Shown here: positions 30,801 to 39,784 of the stretch, piece after piece | Layout: every line of letters starts with the position of its first letter | Position numbering within the stretch: position 1 is the first letter of the stretch | Virus genome (UHGV): UHGV-0049167 | Reading direction: 5' to 3' (one strand) | DNA: 64,000 nt | Origin: a virus | The notes under the pieces: generated by a model | Seen by the model: the letters and a program-made list of their open reading frames with translations, nothing else | Databases searched by the model: none | Told to the model about the DNA's origin: nothing | Made by a program: the position numbers and the translations under genes

Positions 30801-32942
30801 AAGATTGCCTTGTGCGTCTGTCATGACAGGGTTATAGAATTTGTATCTGTCACCATCGGCATACTTGTCCACCCCGATAACGAAACGGCATGCGGCGCAG
30901 TTGCCGCTTGTCATCTCTATTGCAGCCTCTTCGCTTTCTAATGCATGCTCAAAAATATTGAAGCCTCCACTTCCGTTATATACATGTAGTTTTATATAGA
31001 AATATGAATGAAGGTATTCGTCACTATTGTCTTTAAGGACATCGCTATCATCCGTATCAAACCGTATGTCAGCTATTTCACCTATCAACTGACCTTGAAT
31101 GTTTTTTATCCCTTTTATTGTCGGGACTATATCTTCAAATGAAGTCGTCCCTTCGTGAGGGTTCAATTCATTGTATACATTATTAAATATATATTTATTT
31201 CCTGATTCATCTTCATCTTCATATGTATTATTGACTGCATTATAGTAGCGTTCCGCTCCTCCACTTTCTCTGTATATAGAGGGCATCAGGCTCTGAGAGG
31301 GAGTTATCCACTCTCTTCCTGTAATATTAATTATGGCTGGTGTGTGGTCACCGCTGTCCTCCACAACATTCCATTCACCGCCTGAGAAATCCAAATGCGA
31401 AGGCGCATACGGAACATTGTTTACATCAGACAGCGTTATTCCGCTTTTACTGTATGCGATGTTATTCCCATCTCCATATGAGAAATAATACAGTTCTCCG
31501 CCACTTTTCTGATATGTTATGGATGATTTTGCATTTAACGTCATTCCTATAGTCGCCTGGCTGTTGGTCGCTCCGCTTCCTGAGAAAATGGCGTAAGCAG
31601 TCCCTTTAATCACAACTTGAAACCATCCGCTGGCATGGAAGGTATATTCATAGTCCTTCCAACCTGACAATATTTCTATTTTATCACTTATAGAATCATC
31701 CTCATTCGGATTATAGTCGTCTCTCCATATTCCAATACTTATTGTATTTTTAAGGTTTCTGTCCCCTCCGTAGCTATTTGACGATACTTTCTGCCATGAA
31801 AGTGATAAATCTGCGTCACCGCTGATTTTTCTGAAAGTCAAAAAGGATTCATTGAAAACAAACCGAAGTTTGTCTCCCTCTTGTGCATTTATTTTCAGTC
31901 TGAAAGATATCGTGATATAGGTGTTGCCTATACCTGTTCCAAAATAGAATATGTCTGTAGCCTCCCTGTTGCTTATTACTGTGGGGCTATATGCATTATA
32001 AAAAGGAGCAGTCTGTCCGATGTCTGCGCTGGCATCCGTGTTTGACACCTTTTTAAGTCTATATGCGGTATATGGGGAACTGTTGTATTTTAGTATCTCA
32101 TTTAAGGAGATATCTGCTACTTCAGATTTGTCAATGTTCTCTGTGTCGAAACTCGCGTTGCCCTCCGCACTCATGTTTGGATAGTACCATGGCAAATTTT
32201 TTGTGCCTCCAGTACCGGTTATCCTCGTGATAATCCTGTAATTGGCATTTGTTTTCTGAATAGACAACAGAGCATTGTCATTACCATATTCTATCGGAGT
32301 TGTTATTACATTCTCTGTATATCCTACGTGGCAGGTCTTCCCTGTCCAATAATAGGCGAGTCCATATACATTATATATATCCTGTAGAGCCTCTGCAATG
32401 AACTTGTCTTCTATACTGACATCTTTGCCCTCAGAAGTTATGCCTTCGTCAATGACAATATGGAAACCTTCTTGTTTGTCTTTATTATATAGACCGCTGT
32501 AAATCAATGAATCGTTGAGCCGGGCAACAAACTCGTGTACATCACCGAAGAAATGTACTTTAGATGTGTTGCTTCTGTATCGGTCTTTATATTGGGCTTC
32601 AGTATCTTCTGTTACCACATCAAGGAAATACACGTTTTCAAGTATCTCCCTTTCACTTACAAATGTGACCTCATGTTTGTATGTTATCTCAGAATTGTCT
32701 TTGGATGATGACGGCTTTTGCCTTATATAATACTTCTCTCCGCCAAATTCTATATACTCGTTTAATGTCCATTCATTGTCAAGACATCTTGGGAATTTCA
32801 ATGTAGCCGTGAAGGTCGGTGCGCCGCCCATGCGTTGTGCGTCATAGGTGTATGTACCTATGACCGCTTTTTCTGTAGACGAAGGAAAATATTCTTTCAC
32901 TCCGTTTGTGTCACGCATTATGTATAAGCTCTTCTTCTCCAT
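24780..32942 (-). CDS. giant tail-fibre-like protein with collagen-like Gly-X-Y tracts and tandem repeated modules
   Basis: single 2720-aa ORF; repeated modules of the form GKTTYFH(I/V)KYS...DPSDYTWSRF...G-X-Y triplets...TYYLHIKYSDDGGKTFTANNGETPGAW; DNA-level direct repeat about 870 bp apart. Confidence 0.7.
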   Translation of the reverse strand: MEKKSLYIMRDTNGVKEYFPSSTEKAVIGTYTYDAQRMGGAPTFTATLKFPRCLDNEWTLNEYIEFGGEKYYIRQKPSSSKDNSEITYKHEVTFVSEREILENVYFLDVVTEDTEAQYKDRYRSNTSKVHFFGDVHEFVARLNDSLIYSGLYNKDKQEGFHIVIDEGITSEGKDVSIEDKFIAEALQDIYNVYGLAYYWTGKTCHVGYTENVITTPIEYGNDNALLSIQKTNANYRIITRITGTGGTKNLPWYYPNMSAEGNASFDTENIDKSEVADISLNEILKYNSSPYTAYRLKKVSNTDASADIGQTAPFYNAYSPTVISNREATDIFYFGTGIGNTYITISFRLKINAQEGDKLRFVFNESFLTFRKISGDADLSLSWQKVSSNSYGGDRNLKNTISIGIWRDDYNPNEDDSISDKIEILSGWKDYEYTFHASGWFQVVIKGTAYAIFSGSGATNSQATIGMTLNAKSSITYQKSGGELYYFSYGDGNNIAYSKSGITLSDVNNVPYAPSHLDFSGGEWNVVEDSGDHTPAIINITGREWITPSQSLMPSIYRESGGAERYYNAVNNTYEDEDESGNKYIFNNVYNELNPHEGTTSFEDIVPTIKGIKNIQGQLIGEIADIRFDTDDSDVLKDNSDEYLHSYFYIKLHVYNGSGGFNIFEHALESEEAAIEMTSGNCAACRFVIGVDKYADGDRYKFYNPVMTDAQGNLRKVNSSNADKYEGDYILPSRDTNSYVSRQQDTSEYEVWIAVKKETDTFGVIMPNAAQGYRPSIGDTFVITGISLPESYIREAEKRLDAALIAYMKGNNDEKFTYSIKFSRVYLALNEDFTSLLNENTRLTVRYNQEEHLLYVSNYTCKADDSILYEISVDLTDTLTVSQSSFRAQLDSIKTEILTSLTYGMRGDILAQCAKYFLRKDSPDTALDIITFLKGLLVGDGDYGIDADGTARLKKLLADEATMKTLTVTGRAHFFELVIDELNSVGGQLILSAANCTVRSVERISGAWRLWWLAEDSDGRAVQNMWKVGDQALAMTSNLAEGTSYDAGNRLWWRLVTATGSGTRNIDGEDRKCHWIEVSEATCAADSLEPAEGDSVCLCGHRGDDTARSHAIIIAAHSTPDTELESPSFAQYNGITSFSLSQYRTTWFAANGNKIRGELDVDTSGLVSYTHLAWGNGPDDWTKDKSQSTAKDWLMLGICTDRTESDVALVYSDYAWSRIKGTDGKDGTSFTVKGSVDDESMLPPTGNSTGDAYLVNGYLWVWDGSAWANAGKIQGPAGEDGADGKTTYFHIRYSPNPDGVPMSETPDVFIGTRVDFNPTASDVPSDYTWARFRGMDGQQGEKGDMGPQGVPGPSGEDGKTLYTWIRYSDTAEGGGISNDPSGKKYIGFAYNKNTAQESDNPSDYTWSEIKGEDGVPGAKGEDGETLYTWIAYSDSPDGEPMYQTPSDTTKYIGIAVNKESAQESDNPSDYTWSKFRGEDGTSFNLKGSKNDSSELPQDGNAVGDAWLIDGDLWVWDGDKWVNAGNIQGPQGPQGEQGIPGVAGKDGAPGHDGKTTYFHVKYSSNENGNPMTETPNLYIGTYVDFTEADSDDPSDYTWSRFQGYDGEQGIPGTNGVDGLTYYLHIKYSDDGGKTFTANNGETPGAWIGVMTDTNADDSTDSSEYTWLKIKGDKGDKGDRGEQGLQGLQGPQGEQGIPGTPGADGRTSYFHIKYSANASGTPMTETPDKYIGTYVDFTETDSTDASDYTWSRFEGIQGEQGLPGVNGTDGTTYYLHIKYSNDGGVTFTGNNGEDSGDWIGVLTDTNPTDSGTPSDYKWSKIKGDTGEKGDKGEQGVPGPAGEDGRTTYFHVKYSANSNGTPMSEVPNLYIGTYVDFTEADSDDPSDYTWSRFQGYDGEQGIPGTNGTDGKTSYLHIKYSDDGGKTFTANNGETPGAWLGQCVDFNSYDPTSVTSYKWTRIRGEDGADGSDGEPGTDGQDGFSWALDPAAITLEADSDGVVSMQDATSRLRAWLGTREMTVTITAIEPMHCLASRNGAQVTITAIGTYTADWGGSVPYGAGWVQITAQATLGGETRSVSCRLSFTVSSMALSSQIKAETDSISLKVGYLGAKDGNMVTTPDIFLTGNGNKVYTIGDVSSLRGKTITVSCLVKTVSAVPAASGNRRIGMEPMIRYADGSTQYLGTWRQITSTDTFEGRISSTHRIQDKAVASVEQCNLYIQGISSGYSSVSRPKIETGADATDWGLSAEDRLKRPNLLPGTSDFSQCTVQDTVEAGAYTTPYGEKISVAHGVNEAGTSYKDVITWRNVVPEPGVQYTLSFWARGTGSIGSYFYPNCTDWVTSPGTKNQTGVTDGFVQFTLESGWNRYQVTWSTRNDVSGGKSLIAARLMPDSSAQGEVWICGVKLEKGSEATDWRSETITRDELQATGIDIEHKRIKVTADNFEIQNNSGETVTTIDEAGTLTGVMLRTMDEGQGHVEIKGGLIEVKNPNGVTNIKMGYNGSYMVLSYYDNDGTFLYDLGPWGLSGKDVSEERWETSSKYGRLQLTGATFSTVGDIVGNKQIMNTIFQYGHVYTKTPLYMYLAGRVNDTYLSGDYASTPEIARAANGRWFMEQGNVTTAQAVTGMWAQDNPESFMIGSPMDTPPMDYTRYEDDYAEKVDFSRQWCSRNVYRFSNIGIVQPGSGTVYYGSMITTTAVYMNYDRVQMIQINRIDDDDTDTNGNIYL
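27138..28230 (-). repeat. two direct-repeat copies (about 220 bp each, about 870 bp apart) inside the giant gene; coordinates approximate
   Basis: near-identical DNA starting CCACGCGCCCGGTGTCTCACCGTTGTTTGCTGTGAACGTCTTTCCCCC at about 27138 and 28008, and again ACCGTTGGTTCCCGGTATTCCCTGCTCCCCATCATACCC... in both copies. Confidence 0.6.
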
Positions 32943-34426
32943 CAGGCTACATTGTTTATAGGTGCATTTTTGTTTGTGCCATCCGTAGTCTTGTTCCGTT
33001 TTGACTCTTCAGCCAATCTCATTTCCTCATCAGGAGTGGAAACGGTATTTTTTTCAATTCCCGTCTTAGTGGAAATGATACCGGATCCTTTCAGAGTGCA
33101 AAGCATCTGGTTATAAGTATTCTCATCGAACGGCTGCCACATTTTAAACTTGCAGGATATTTTCATTCTGGCAAATTCTGTTACCGCATTCGGATTCTCA
33201 CCTTTATTTACAAGTTCTTTAGCCAGTCCTTCCTTGAAAAGTCTCGCATGTTTATCCGCAAAATTCTGCCATTCTATTACGTTTTGAGCCGCACCTTCTA
33301 TATCGAAAGAACGTGTTATTTGCATTGCCAGACCGGAGATGTCCCCGCTTGACTTAACATCCTTGGGAAGGATGAATGTTACGGATGCTCCTATCTGAAT
33401 CTTGTCAAGAATGTCTTGCATCGCATTAAGCATTCCTTCATTTGTAGGTGGAGAGAGGAACTTTGCGTCTCCCTTGCCGTCAATCGATGCGTCTTGAAGC
33501 ATAATTGAACCTGCTATTTGACGGGCGTCTTCCTTAAAACGCCCTTTGAGATATAAAATCCCCCATCCATGACGCTTTTCTATTACAGTAAAGATGTTGT
33601 AAATAATCTCAAATGTTTCTATCAGATTCTGGACGTTGTTCCATGCGACATCACCGCGCTTTGTTATAAGCGGTATCTCACTGAAGCCGTGAGCCTCTTG
33701 GCTCTCTATATGCCAACCGTCAACGTTCGTCAGACGGTACAGGTTCGTGTCGTCGTATGCGTCTATGTGCTGCACGTTGTCACCGTCGGCATAATATACA
33801 CATTCCATCACCCGGTCACCGTTGTCGTCGTTGTGTGATATGATGACATATCCGTCCTCGTATGATATTATCCGCCCCCTGATTTCACCTTTATAGTTGA
33901 AATACATCAGAAGTCCGATGTCGCCAAGTCCCATCTGCCCGTATACAGCCTTTGTCCCCAATCCGTCCTGATTGCGCTCTGTCCAATGCCATTTCAGGTC
34001 AGCAAAGTTTTTTTTCAATGTTTCGGAAGGATTGCTGTCATGCAATGTAAATACTCTGGGATTGCCGCATAATGCAAGTGTCTTTTTTTGTCTTATTCTT
34101 TCTTGAAAGGCAAGAGCGGTACGCTTGAACTTTATTTCATAGAATGCTCCGTCATTGGCTTTGACACAAATTGACGGCATATTTTCGTCAAAAAGTACCT
34201 CATGGCTGTCCGGGTCAAGTTCTTTCATGAACTTGTCCTGTGTGACAATGGTCTTCATTACGTTTGGAAGCACAGCCCGACGTAAGGCGGACACATTCTC
34301 TTCCGCCCCACAGTTGTTGTCGTACACGGAATATGTACTGCTGCCTCTTGTAAACGGCTTCTTCATCAGCATTTCTTCCGGATGAGACAACAGCCATTCT
34401 ACAATTTCCTTACGTGTTCTGTTCAT
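32942..34426 (-). CDS. hypothetical structural protein (portal candidate)
   Basis: 494 aa, ATGA-coupled to upstream gene, two genes downstream of TerL; no diagnostic motif read. Confidence 0.3.
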   Translation of the reverse strand: MNRTRKEIVEWLLSHPEEMLMKKPFTRGSSTYSVYDNNCGAEENVSALRRAVLPNVMKTIVTQDKFMKELDPDSHEVLFDENMPSICVKANDGAFYEIKFKRTALAFQERIRQKKTLALCGNPRVFTLHDSNPSETLKKNFADLKWHWTERNQDGLGTKAVYGQMGLGDIGLLMYFNYKGEIRGRIISYEDGYVIISHNDDNGDRVMECVYYADGDNVQHIDAYDDTNLYRLTNVDGWHIESQEAHGFSEIPLITKRGDVAWNNVQNLIETFEIIYNIFTVIEKRHGWGILYLKGRFKEDARQIAGSIMLQDASIDGKGDAKFLSPPTNEGMLNAMQDILDKIQIGASVTFILPKDVKSSGDISGLAMQITRSFDIEGAAQNVIEWQNFADKHARLFKEGLAKELVNKGENPNAVTEFARMKISCKFKMWQPFDENTYNQMLCTLKGSGIISTKTGIEKNTVSTPDEEMRLAEESKRNKTTDGTNKNAPINNVA

Positions 34427-34959
34427 ACTGCGCTTCCTTTGTCTTTAAGTCCGTAATACTTCATGCACGCTTCTTTTGTCGGCATATAGGTACACTCTCT
34501 GTTGGTGTGTGGACATATAATGTCATGTTTCTGAGGCACGACTATTATGCGTTTTTGCGTCTGGCTGGCTTCCATCTCAAACTTATCGTTTAGTTTCACG
34601 CGGATGTCTGCCTCCATTTTCACAGCGTCCTTCGCGTCAATCTTCTTACTTTCGGCAAGAACCTTTATCTCTTTCAGCAAACGTATAAGTTCCGTCTTGT
34701 TCTGCTCACGTGTTATAAGTTCTTCGTTTACCGAGCCTATGCCGAAAGGTTCAAGCAAATCCCGTAATTTTATCATCCTCGGAGCACGATAGTGTGCTTC
34801 AGCATCCGTTGCAGTCCTGCCGTACGCCATTTTGTACGCCACAGATTTATCGGCGAACGTATCGCACAGCACAGCAAAGGCTATGTCTTTATCACTCACT
34901 GTAGCCCACTCCTGCCGTGCGCTTTTGAGTATAACCTTTATGTCGTCTTTCTTTATCAT
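34423..34959 (-). CDS. hypothetical protein
   Basis: 178 aa between TerL and portal candidate. Confidence 0.4.
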   Translation of the reverse strand: MIKKDDIKVILKSARQEWATVSDKDIAFAVLCDTFADKSVAYKMAYGRTATDAEAHYRAPRMIKLRDLLEPFGIGSVNEELITREQNKTELIRLLKEIKVLAESKKIDAKDAVKMEADIRVKLNDKFEMEASQTQKRIIVVPQKHDIICPHTNRECTYMPTKEACMKYYGLKDKGSAV

Positions 34960-34974
34960 GAAGTTTTGTATATT

Positions 34975-36597
34975 TTAACTCCACAATGTGGAGTCATATA
35001 TGCTACGTCTGACGTATGTTTTACTCTCAACTTCTTCATCCCTCCCTCTCGAGAAACCTTCTTCTATCTCTGTCCCGTATTCGAGATTTACACATGGATA
35101 CATCCTTATAGCACAGGGGTCCAACAAGTCCATTGAACGTCCGTACCCAAGCCGTAAGTTCATCTGTTTCTTGTTCATAAGTCTTTTCTTTCCTGAAGGC
35201 ATGTCGATAAATCTTACGACAGCGCACTCATCCTGAAACTCATTCTCTACTGTAACTCTGAACTTCAGGTTCTGATGTGTGTATGTGGATTGCGCTACGT
35301 TATCTGCAAAAGTGATTTGCCCTCTGTTTATCATGTTTACAAGGCGGAGATAACACAGGTCTTTCATCGTCGCTGCCGTCAGGTAGTATAACCCCATTGG
35401 CTTTGTTGATGAGAGGTAAGCTATTGCGTCCGGTATGTAGTCATTGAAATACCGTCCTGCGGTGCCGTCAAATATTATGTGGCTATCCGGAGTCTCGTTT
35501 TTATCCGCGAAAATTTTTACTCTTTGCGCGTTCTCTTTAGGAGTTGTGTGGCTTACTATTAGTATGTCGGTGACATGGAAACCGTTCCATGCCAATGCCA
35601 CCATGTTGTCTGTACCATAATCAGCCAAGTCCACAGTTACCCACCTGTCTCCGTTAACGGCAGGGGCTGCCATAAAACAGTCTCTTGCCTTGTCGCTTGG
35701 TATCGGTATGTCTACGTCCTCGTCGGGGTCAGCGTTGAAGTTCCCAAGCATTGACAGTGCCATATTGCCACCTGAAGCGGCAACGCTGCCTATATAGCCA
35801 GGGTTGCGTTCCATCAAGTCTTTATTTTGTGACACCATGCCCTGATAGAACACGAACGATTTTATCAGGTGTTCATAAGAAAAATTGCCGTTTAACCTTT
35901 TTAATTTGTTTTCTATGTCTATGCGGCATTTCCGATAGACTTCCTCTTTCGTGTCACCCCAGACGACATCCTTAACCGTAGCCCCGTTTATGTAAAAATA
36001 TCTTACAACACCGTCACGTTCGGGATTTACATAGCCGTCTAATCCTACATACCAGTCAAGGAATGTTCTCGACCAATGGCTGCGCTTCGGGTTGAACGTG
36101 GCAAAGAATTTCCCGGTAAACGTCTTGCTCTGCCCACGGTTACGGGTCATCACGTATGTGAACGCCTCCCATGACATCTCGGTCAACTCGTCTATGGCTA
36201 TCGCGTCATACTCCCATCCTTTTGCACGCTCTCGCAACTTATCCATATTGGAGTCGTCGATGTACGTCAAATCGCAGAACGTGCCGATGGGGAAGCTGAT
36301 GCGCGGGCTGTCCGACTCGCGTACCTTTATATAGTCAGTACCGAACACTTGCTTGAATTTCTCCACGAAACCGCCGCCCGCCTTTTGGTTGCCAAGGCTT
36401 CGGCGGCTTATCAGGCATCGGAAATCAGGGTCGGTCATCAGTGGCTCGGCAAAGGCAAGAAGCAAGCCCAGCGACTTGCCGCCACCCGCTGCACCGCCGC
36501 CGAACACCACGTCTACATTGGTGCTGGCGAACATATGCTGGAATGGAGAATTCGGTTTCCAAGTAATGTCCTTTATGTTACTTTGACTGTCTGACAT
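34975..36597 (-). CDS. terL: terminase large subunit
   Basis: 540 aa; Walker A VVFGGGAAGGGKS, Walker B AIAIDELTE, C-terminal nuclease-like DLADYGTDNMVALAW. Confidence 0.85.
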   Translation of the reverse strand: MSDSQSNIKDITWKPNSPFQHMFASTNVDVVFGGGAAGGGKSLGLLLAFAEPLMTDPDFRCLISRRSLGNQKAGGGFVEKFKQVFGTDYIKVRESDSPRISFPIGTFCDLTYIDDSNMDKLRERAKGWEYDAIAIDELTEMSWEAFTYVMTRNRGQSKTFTGKFFATFNPKRSHWSRTFLDWYVGLDGYVNPERDGVVRYFYINGATVKDVVWGDTKEEVYRKCRIDIENKLKRLNGNFSYEHLIKSFVFYQGMVSQNKDLMERNPGYIGSVAASGGNMALSMLGNFNADPDEDVDIPIPSDKARDCFMAAPAVNGDRWVTVDLADYGTDNMVALAWNGFHVTDILIVSHTTPKENAQRVKIFADKNETPDSHIIFDGTAGRYFNDYIPDAIAYLSSTKPMGLYYLTAATMKDLCYLRLVNMINRGQITFADNVAQSTYTHQNLKFRVTVENEFQDECAVVRFIDMPSGKKRLMNKKQMNLRLGYGRSMDLLDPCAIRMYPCVNLEYGTEIEEGFSRGRDEEVESKTYVRRSIYDSTLWS

Positions 36598-36648
36598 ATT
36601 GCAAATATACTTTATGTCTATTTAGATAATGCTTTGATTTTCAACAAT

Positions 36649-36666
36649 ATTGGACATATGTCCAAT
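36649..36666. promoter_or_regulatory. perfect palindrome ATTGGACATATGTCCAAT in divergent intergenic region (operator candidate)
   Basis: 18-bp perfect inverted repeat read in the 147-bp gap between terL (minus) and the capsid module (plus). Confidence 0.45.
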
Positions 36667-36744
36667 TATAAGCTTTAATGATTTCATCTAAACGACTAAC
36701 AATCATAAATTTGCATCATGAGTTAACATTAAAACACTATATAT

Positions 36745-37392
36745 ATGAAGTTTACGAGCGAACAGCTAACAGAAGCACTGAAAGCTAAACTCACGCCCAA
36801 CGGCAAAAAACTTGCGATGAGCGAGAGGACACTGAAAGCCAATGTGGAAAGGCTCTACAAAAGGCTGGAGAAAAGTGATGACGAAACCGAACTTGATGAT
36901 GTTGTCAAAGAGTATCTTCCTGATTTCGAAGAGATTGACGGCAACGTCCGCAAGGATAATTCCGATTTCGTGAACACTTGGAAAAAGGAACATCCCGACA
37001 CAAAACAAGATGACAAACGCGATGACAAACGCGATGACAAGCAAGGCGACCGGCTCGACACGCTTCTGCAAGAAATTAAGGAACTGAAGGCTGAGCGTGA
37101 GAAAGACAAGGCTGAGAAGGTCGCCAAGGAGAAACGTGCGGAATTGTTGTCCATGTTCAAGGAAAAGGGCATTGAGGATGAGGATTGGGCAGCCTCATAT
37201 CTAAAGAAACTCAACGTCAACGCTGATACAGACACCGAAGCTGAGACAAACGATGCTCTCACGCTTTACAATAAGTCGAAATCGCACGTTGACACCAGTG
37301 GAACACCGCGACGAGCCGGAGGCGGCGCGACAGATCCGAAAGATGAGTTTGCCGATGTGGTTGACATTCTCAAAAGTGAAAGACGGATGTAA
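36745..37392 (+). CDS. putative scaffolding protein
   Basis: 215 aa, highly charged, KRDDKRDDKQ repeats and coiled-coil-like Lys/Glu heptads; first gene of capsid module. Confidence 0.4.
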   Translation: MKFTSEQLTEALKAKLTPNGKKLAMSERTLKANVERLYKRLEKSDDETELDDVVKEYLPDFEEIDGNVRKDNSDFVNTWKKEHPDTKQDDKRDDKRDDKQGDRLDTLLQEIKELKAEREKDKAEKVAKEKRAELLSMFKEKGIEDEDWAASYLKKLNVNADTDTEAETNDALTLYNKSKSHVDTSGTPRRAGGGATDPKDEFADVVDILKSERRM

Positions 37393-37421
37393 TATTTAAC
37401 AAAAAAAACTACAAGGAAACA

Positions 37422-38174
37422 ATGGAAAATTTCTATTCGCAGATTTTGCAGAACAGTGGCGTGTTTTTGGGACGCACATTGGTTCAGGCGCATGGAAGCA
37501 TAGGCGGGCATCGTCATGTTTTCGTAAAATGGCAGGGTAGCGGAAAGGACGGCTTGATATTCCCCACGGTAGGTGGAATATTGAAAAATCCGTTCAAGGG
37601 TAACGCTAAGATATATGCCGGTGACCTGATTGAGTATAATCCCGGCATAGTCGATGATAAGGGAGCGACATTGAAAGTTTTGAAAACTTATGAAGTCGCA
37701 AAAGAAGACTCTTCAGGCACTGGAACTACCGTTTATCTCGTTCGTGACGGGTATCATCACATTCCATTCGTTGGTGACAACATCATGGTTGCGCCTTCAT
37801 CCATAGATGGTACGGGAACCGGTGTGACAGTCACTGCTGTTGAAAAGACGACGGAAGGTGGAGCTGATGTATGGAAACTTACTGTCAGTGCTGCTGTCGG
37901 TACTTTGACAAAAGGTCAGGTGCTTGTGGAGGCTGCTGCTGCGGGCGCATCGCAAAAGGCGATGGTCACCAATCCCAATGCATATGCACCGTGTGATTTT
38001 GATTTCATATTTGACCCGGCATCAGGCGATGATGATTTCGAGGGAGCGCGCTACATGATGACCCCCTGCATCGCAAACGAGGACACCAAACTTTACATCA
38101 ACAAGATGTCACCTCTGCCCGACACAATCAAGTCACTTAACCGTAGTCGGGTAGAAGGATGGTTTAACCTGTAA
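37422..38174 (+). CDS. hypothetical head protein
   Basis: 250 aa between scaffold-like and capsid-like genes. Confidence 0.4.
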   Translation: MENFYSQILQNSGVFLGRTLVQAHGSIGGHRHVFVKWQGSGKDGLIFPTVGGILKNPFKGNAKIYAGDLIEYNPGIVDDKGATLKVLKTYEVAKEDSSGTGTTVYLVRDGYHHIPFVGDNIMVAPSSIDGTGTGVTVTAVEKTTEGGADVWKLTVSAAVGTLTKGQVLVEAAAAGASQKAMVTNPNAYAPCDFDFIFDPASGDDDFEGARYMMTPCIANEDTKLYINKMSPLPDTIKSLNRSRVEGWFNL

Positions 38175-38195
38175 AAACAAGAGGAGGACAATACG

Positions 38196-39374
38196 ATGAA
38201 ATTTGACTTTAATAGTTCAAGATACGCCAAATTCTTTTCCGACAAGAGTAACAGGCGTTTCTTGCAGACATTCATTGATACGGAAGGTATCCTTTATACA
38301 AATTATGGTTGGTATCTGACGCAGGGACGACGAGCCTCTGCACCGACGCCTACTGATAACAGTGGTGTAGCCACGTTCACGGTCAAAGCCCGTAAGGCTG
38401 AAGCCGCTCCGCTTATGGACATGCGTGCTCCACTTGGTGACAGCAACCAGATGGATAAGGAAGGTCTGAGTTTCTACAGCGCGACCATTCCCGATTTCAT
38501 CGCCCCAGGTTTTGTGGAGACTGCCATGGAACGTGAGTACCGCATCCGTCAGTTTGAACTGTTCGGTAACGATGCAGACATCGTAGCACAGTGGGTACAT
38601 GAAGTACAGATGCAGAAAGATTCTGCTGATGCCACTATGAATTATATGACCGCGCAACTTATGACCACAGGAAAGATAGATTACAGTACTATCGGACGTG
38701 GCATTAAAGCTCCGTTACATAAGGCAGACATCCCTGCGGAGAATTTTGTCAAGGCGGGTGAGAAAATATGGACTGCGGCTGACTGTAAGCTGCTTGAGCA
38801 AATGAAGAACATAGAGGACGCATACCGTGAGAAGCGCAACTATACCGGTGCGCTCGTTTGGCAGGTACCGCGTAAGATGTACTTTGAGATTATTCTCGAA
38901 AATGCACAGGTTAAAGAACTTATCGCAGACTATAAAAAGAATCCACTGGCTTATCAGGCTACTACTGAAGGTCAGTCGTTCACAGAAGTCGCTTTCCGGC
39001 AGGCTGTAATAGACTATCAGGGTGTTTCGCCTATTGAGGTCGTTACTGAGAAAGAGCGTAACAAAACTCACACATCAGACACTTTCATCCATGGATGGAA
39101 AGAGAACGTGGCGGTGCTTCGTCCAGCCGGAGACGCTGTCGAGTTTGAGTACACTGAAAATCTTGACCAGATAATGTTCAAGAAATATGGCTCCAAGGCT
39201 ATAACCAAGGTGTTTGCCCAGACAAACAACGGGTTGGCTACCCTTGTGAATACGACACTTAACAATGGACAATATCAGGAATGGCATACAGACCTGATGA
39301 TGTCAGCATGTCCGGCTCTCATCGAGTTCCCTGACCATCTGATTGTAGACACATCAACAGCCGACACGGAATAA
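38196..39374 (+). CDS. putative major capsid protein
   Basis: 392 aa; size and position (after scaffold-like gene, before connector-sized genes); no motif-level proof. Confidence 0.45.
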   Translation: MKFDFNSSRYAKFFSDKSNRRFLQTFIDTEGILYTNYGWYLTQGRRASAPTPTDNSGVATFTVKARKAEAAPLMDMRAPLGDSNQMDKEGLSFYSATIPDFIAPGFVETAMEREYRIRQFELFGNDADIVAQWVHEVQMQKDSADATMNYMTAQLMTTGKIDYSTIGRGIKAPLHKADIPAENFVKAGEKIWTAADCKLLEQMKNIEDAYREKRNYTGALVWQVPRKMYFEIILENAQVKELIADYKKNPLAYQATTEGQSFTEVAFRQAVIDYQGVSPIEVVTEKERNKTHTSDTFIHGWKENVAVLRPAGDAVEFEYTENLDQIMFKKYGSKAITKVFAQTNNGLATLVNTTLNNGQYQEWHTDLMMSACPALIEFPDHLIVDTSTADTE

Positions 39375-39400
39375 CGCCGTGTCGTGCCAACAATACGCTT

Positions 39401-39784
39401 ATGGATTGCAAATTCAATATAATCGAGGAGCTCAGCGGTCTTACGAGATTTGTCTTTGACAAGGCTCTGCTTGTGCGTATCGCGCGCGAGTGTGGTGTCT
39501 TGAATATAACAAACCCGATAGATTTCACAAAAGACAGGAAGGAGGCATGTGAGATACTTCTGCTGAAGTCTGTCATTCTCGGACCGTACATGACAGCAAG
39601 CTCTACTAATCAGCATGGTGCGTGGACAAAGACCGTAGGAGCGGAACAGCTTGACTCAAATGCGATTGACCGTATTTTGTCCCGTCTCAGGTTTCTGTGC
39701 AAGAAACATGGAGACAACGATACCCTCGAAGAAGTCGAGTCACAGCTCGGTTATATGGAATGGATAAATGAGGAGGAGTGCTGA
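39401..39784 (+). CDS. putative head-tail connector protein
   Basis: 127 aa, first of four small co-directional genes between capsid and tail tube. Confidence 0.35.
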   Translation: MDCKFNIIEELSGLTRFVFDKALLVRIARECGVLNITNPIDFTKDRKEACEILLLKSVILGPYMTASSTNQHGAWTKTVGAEQLDSNAIDRILSRLRFLCKKHGDNDTLEEVESQLGYMEWINEEEC

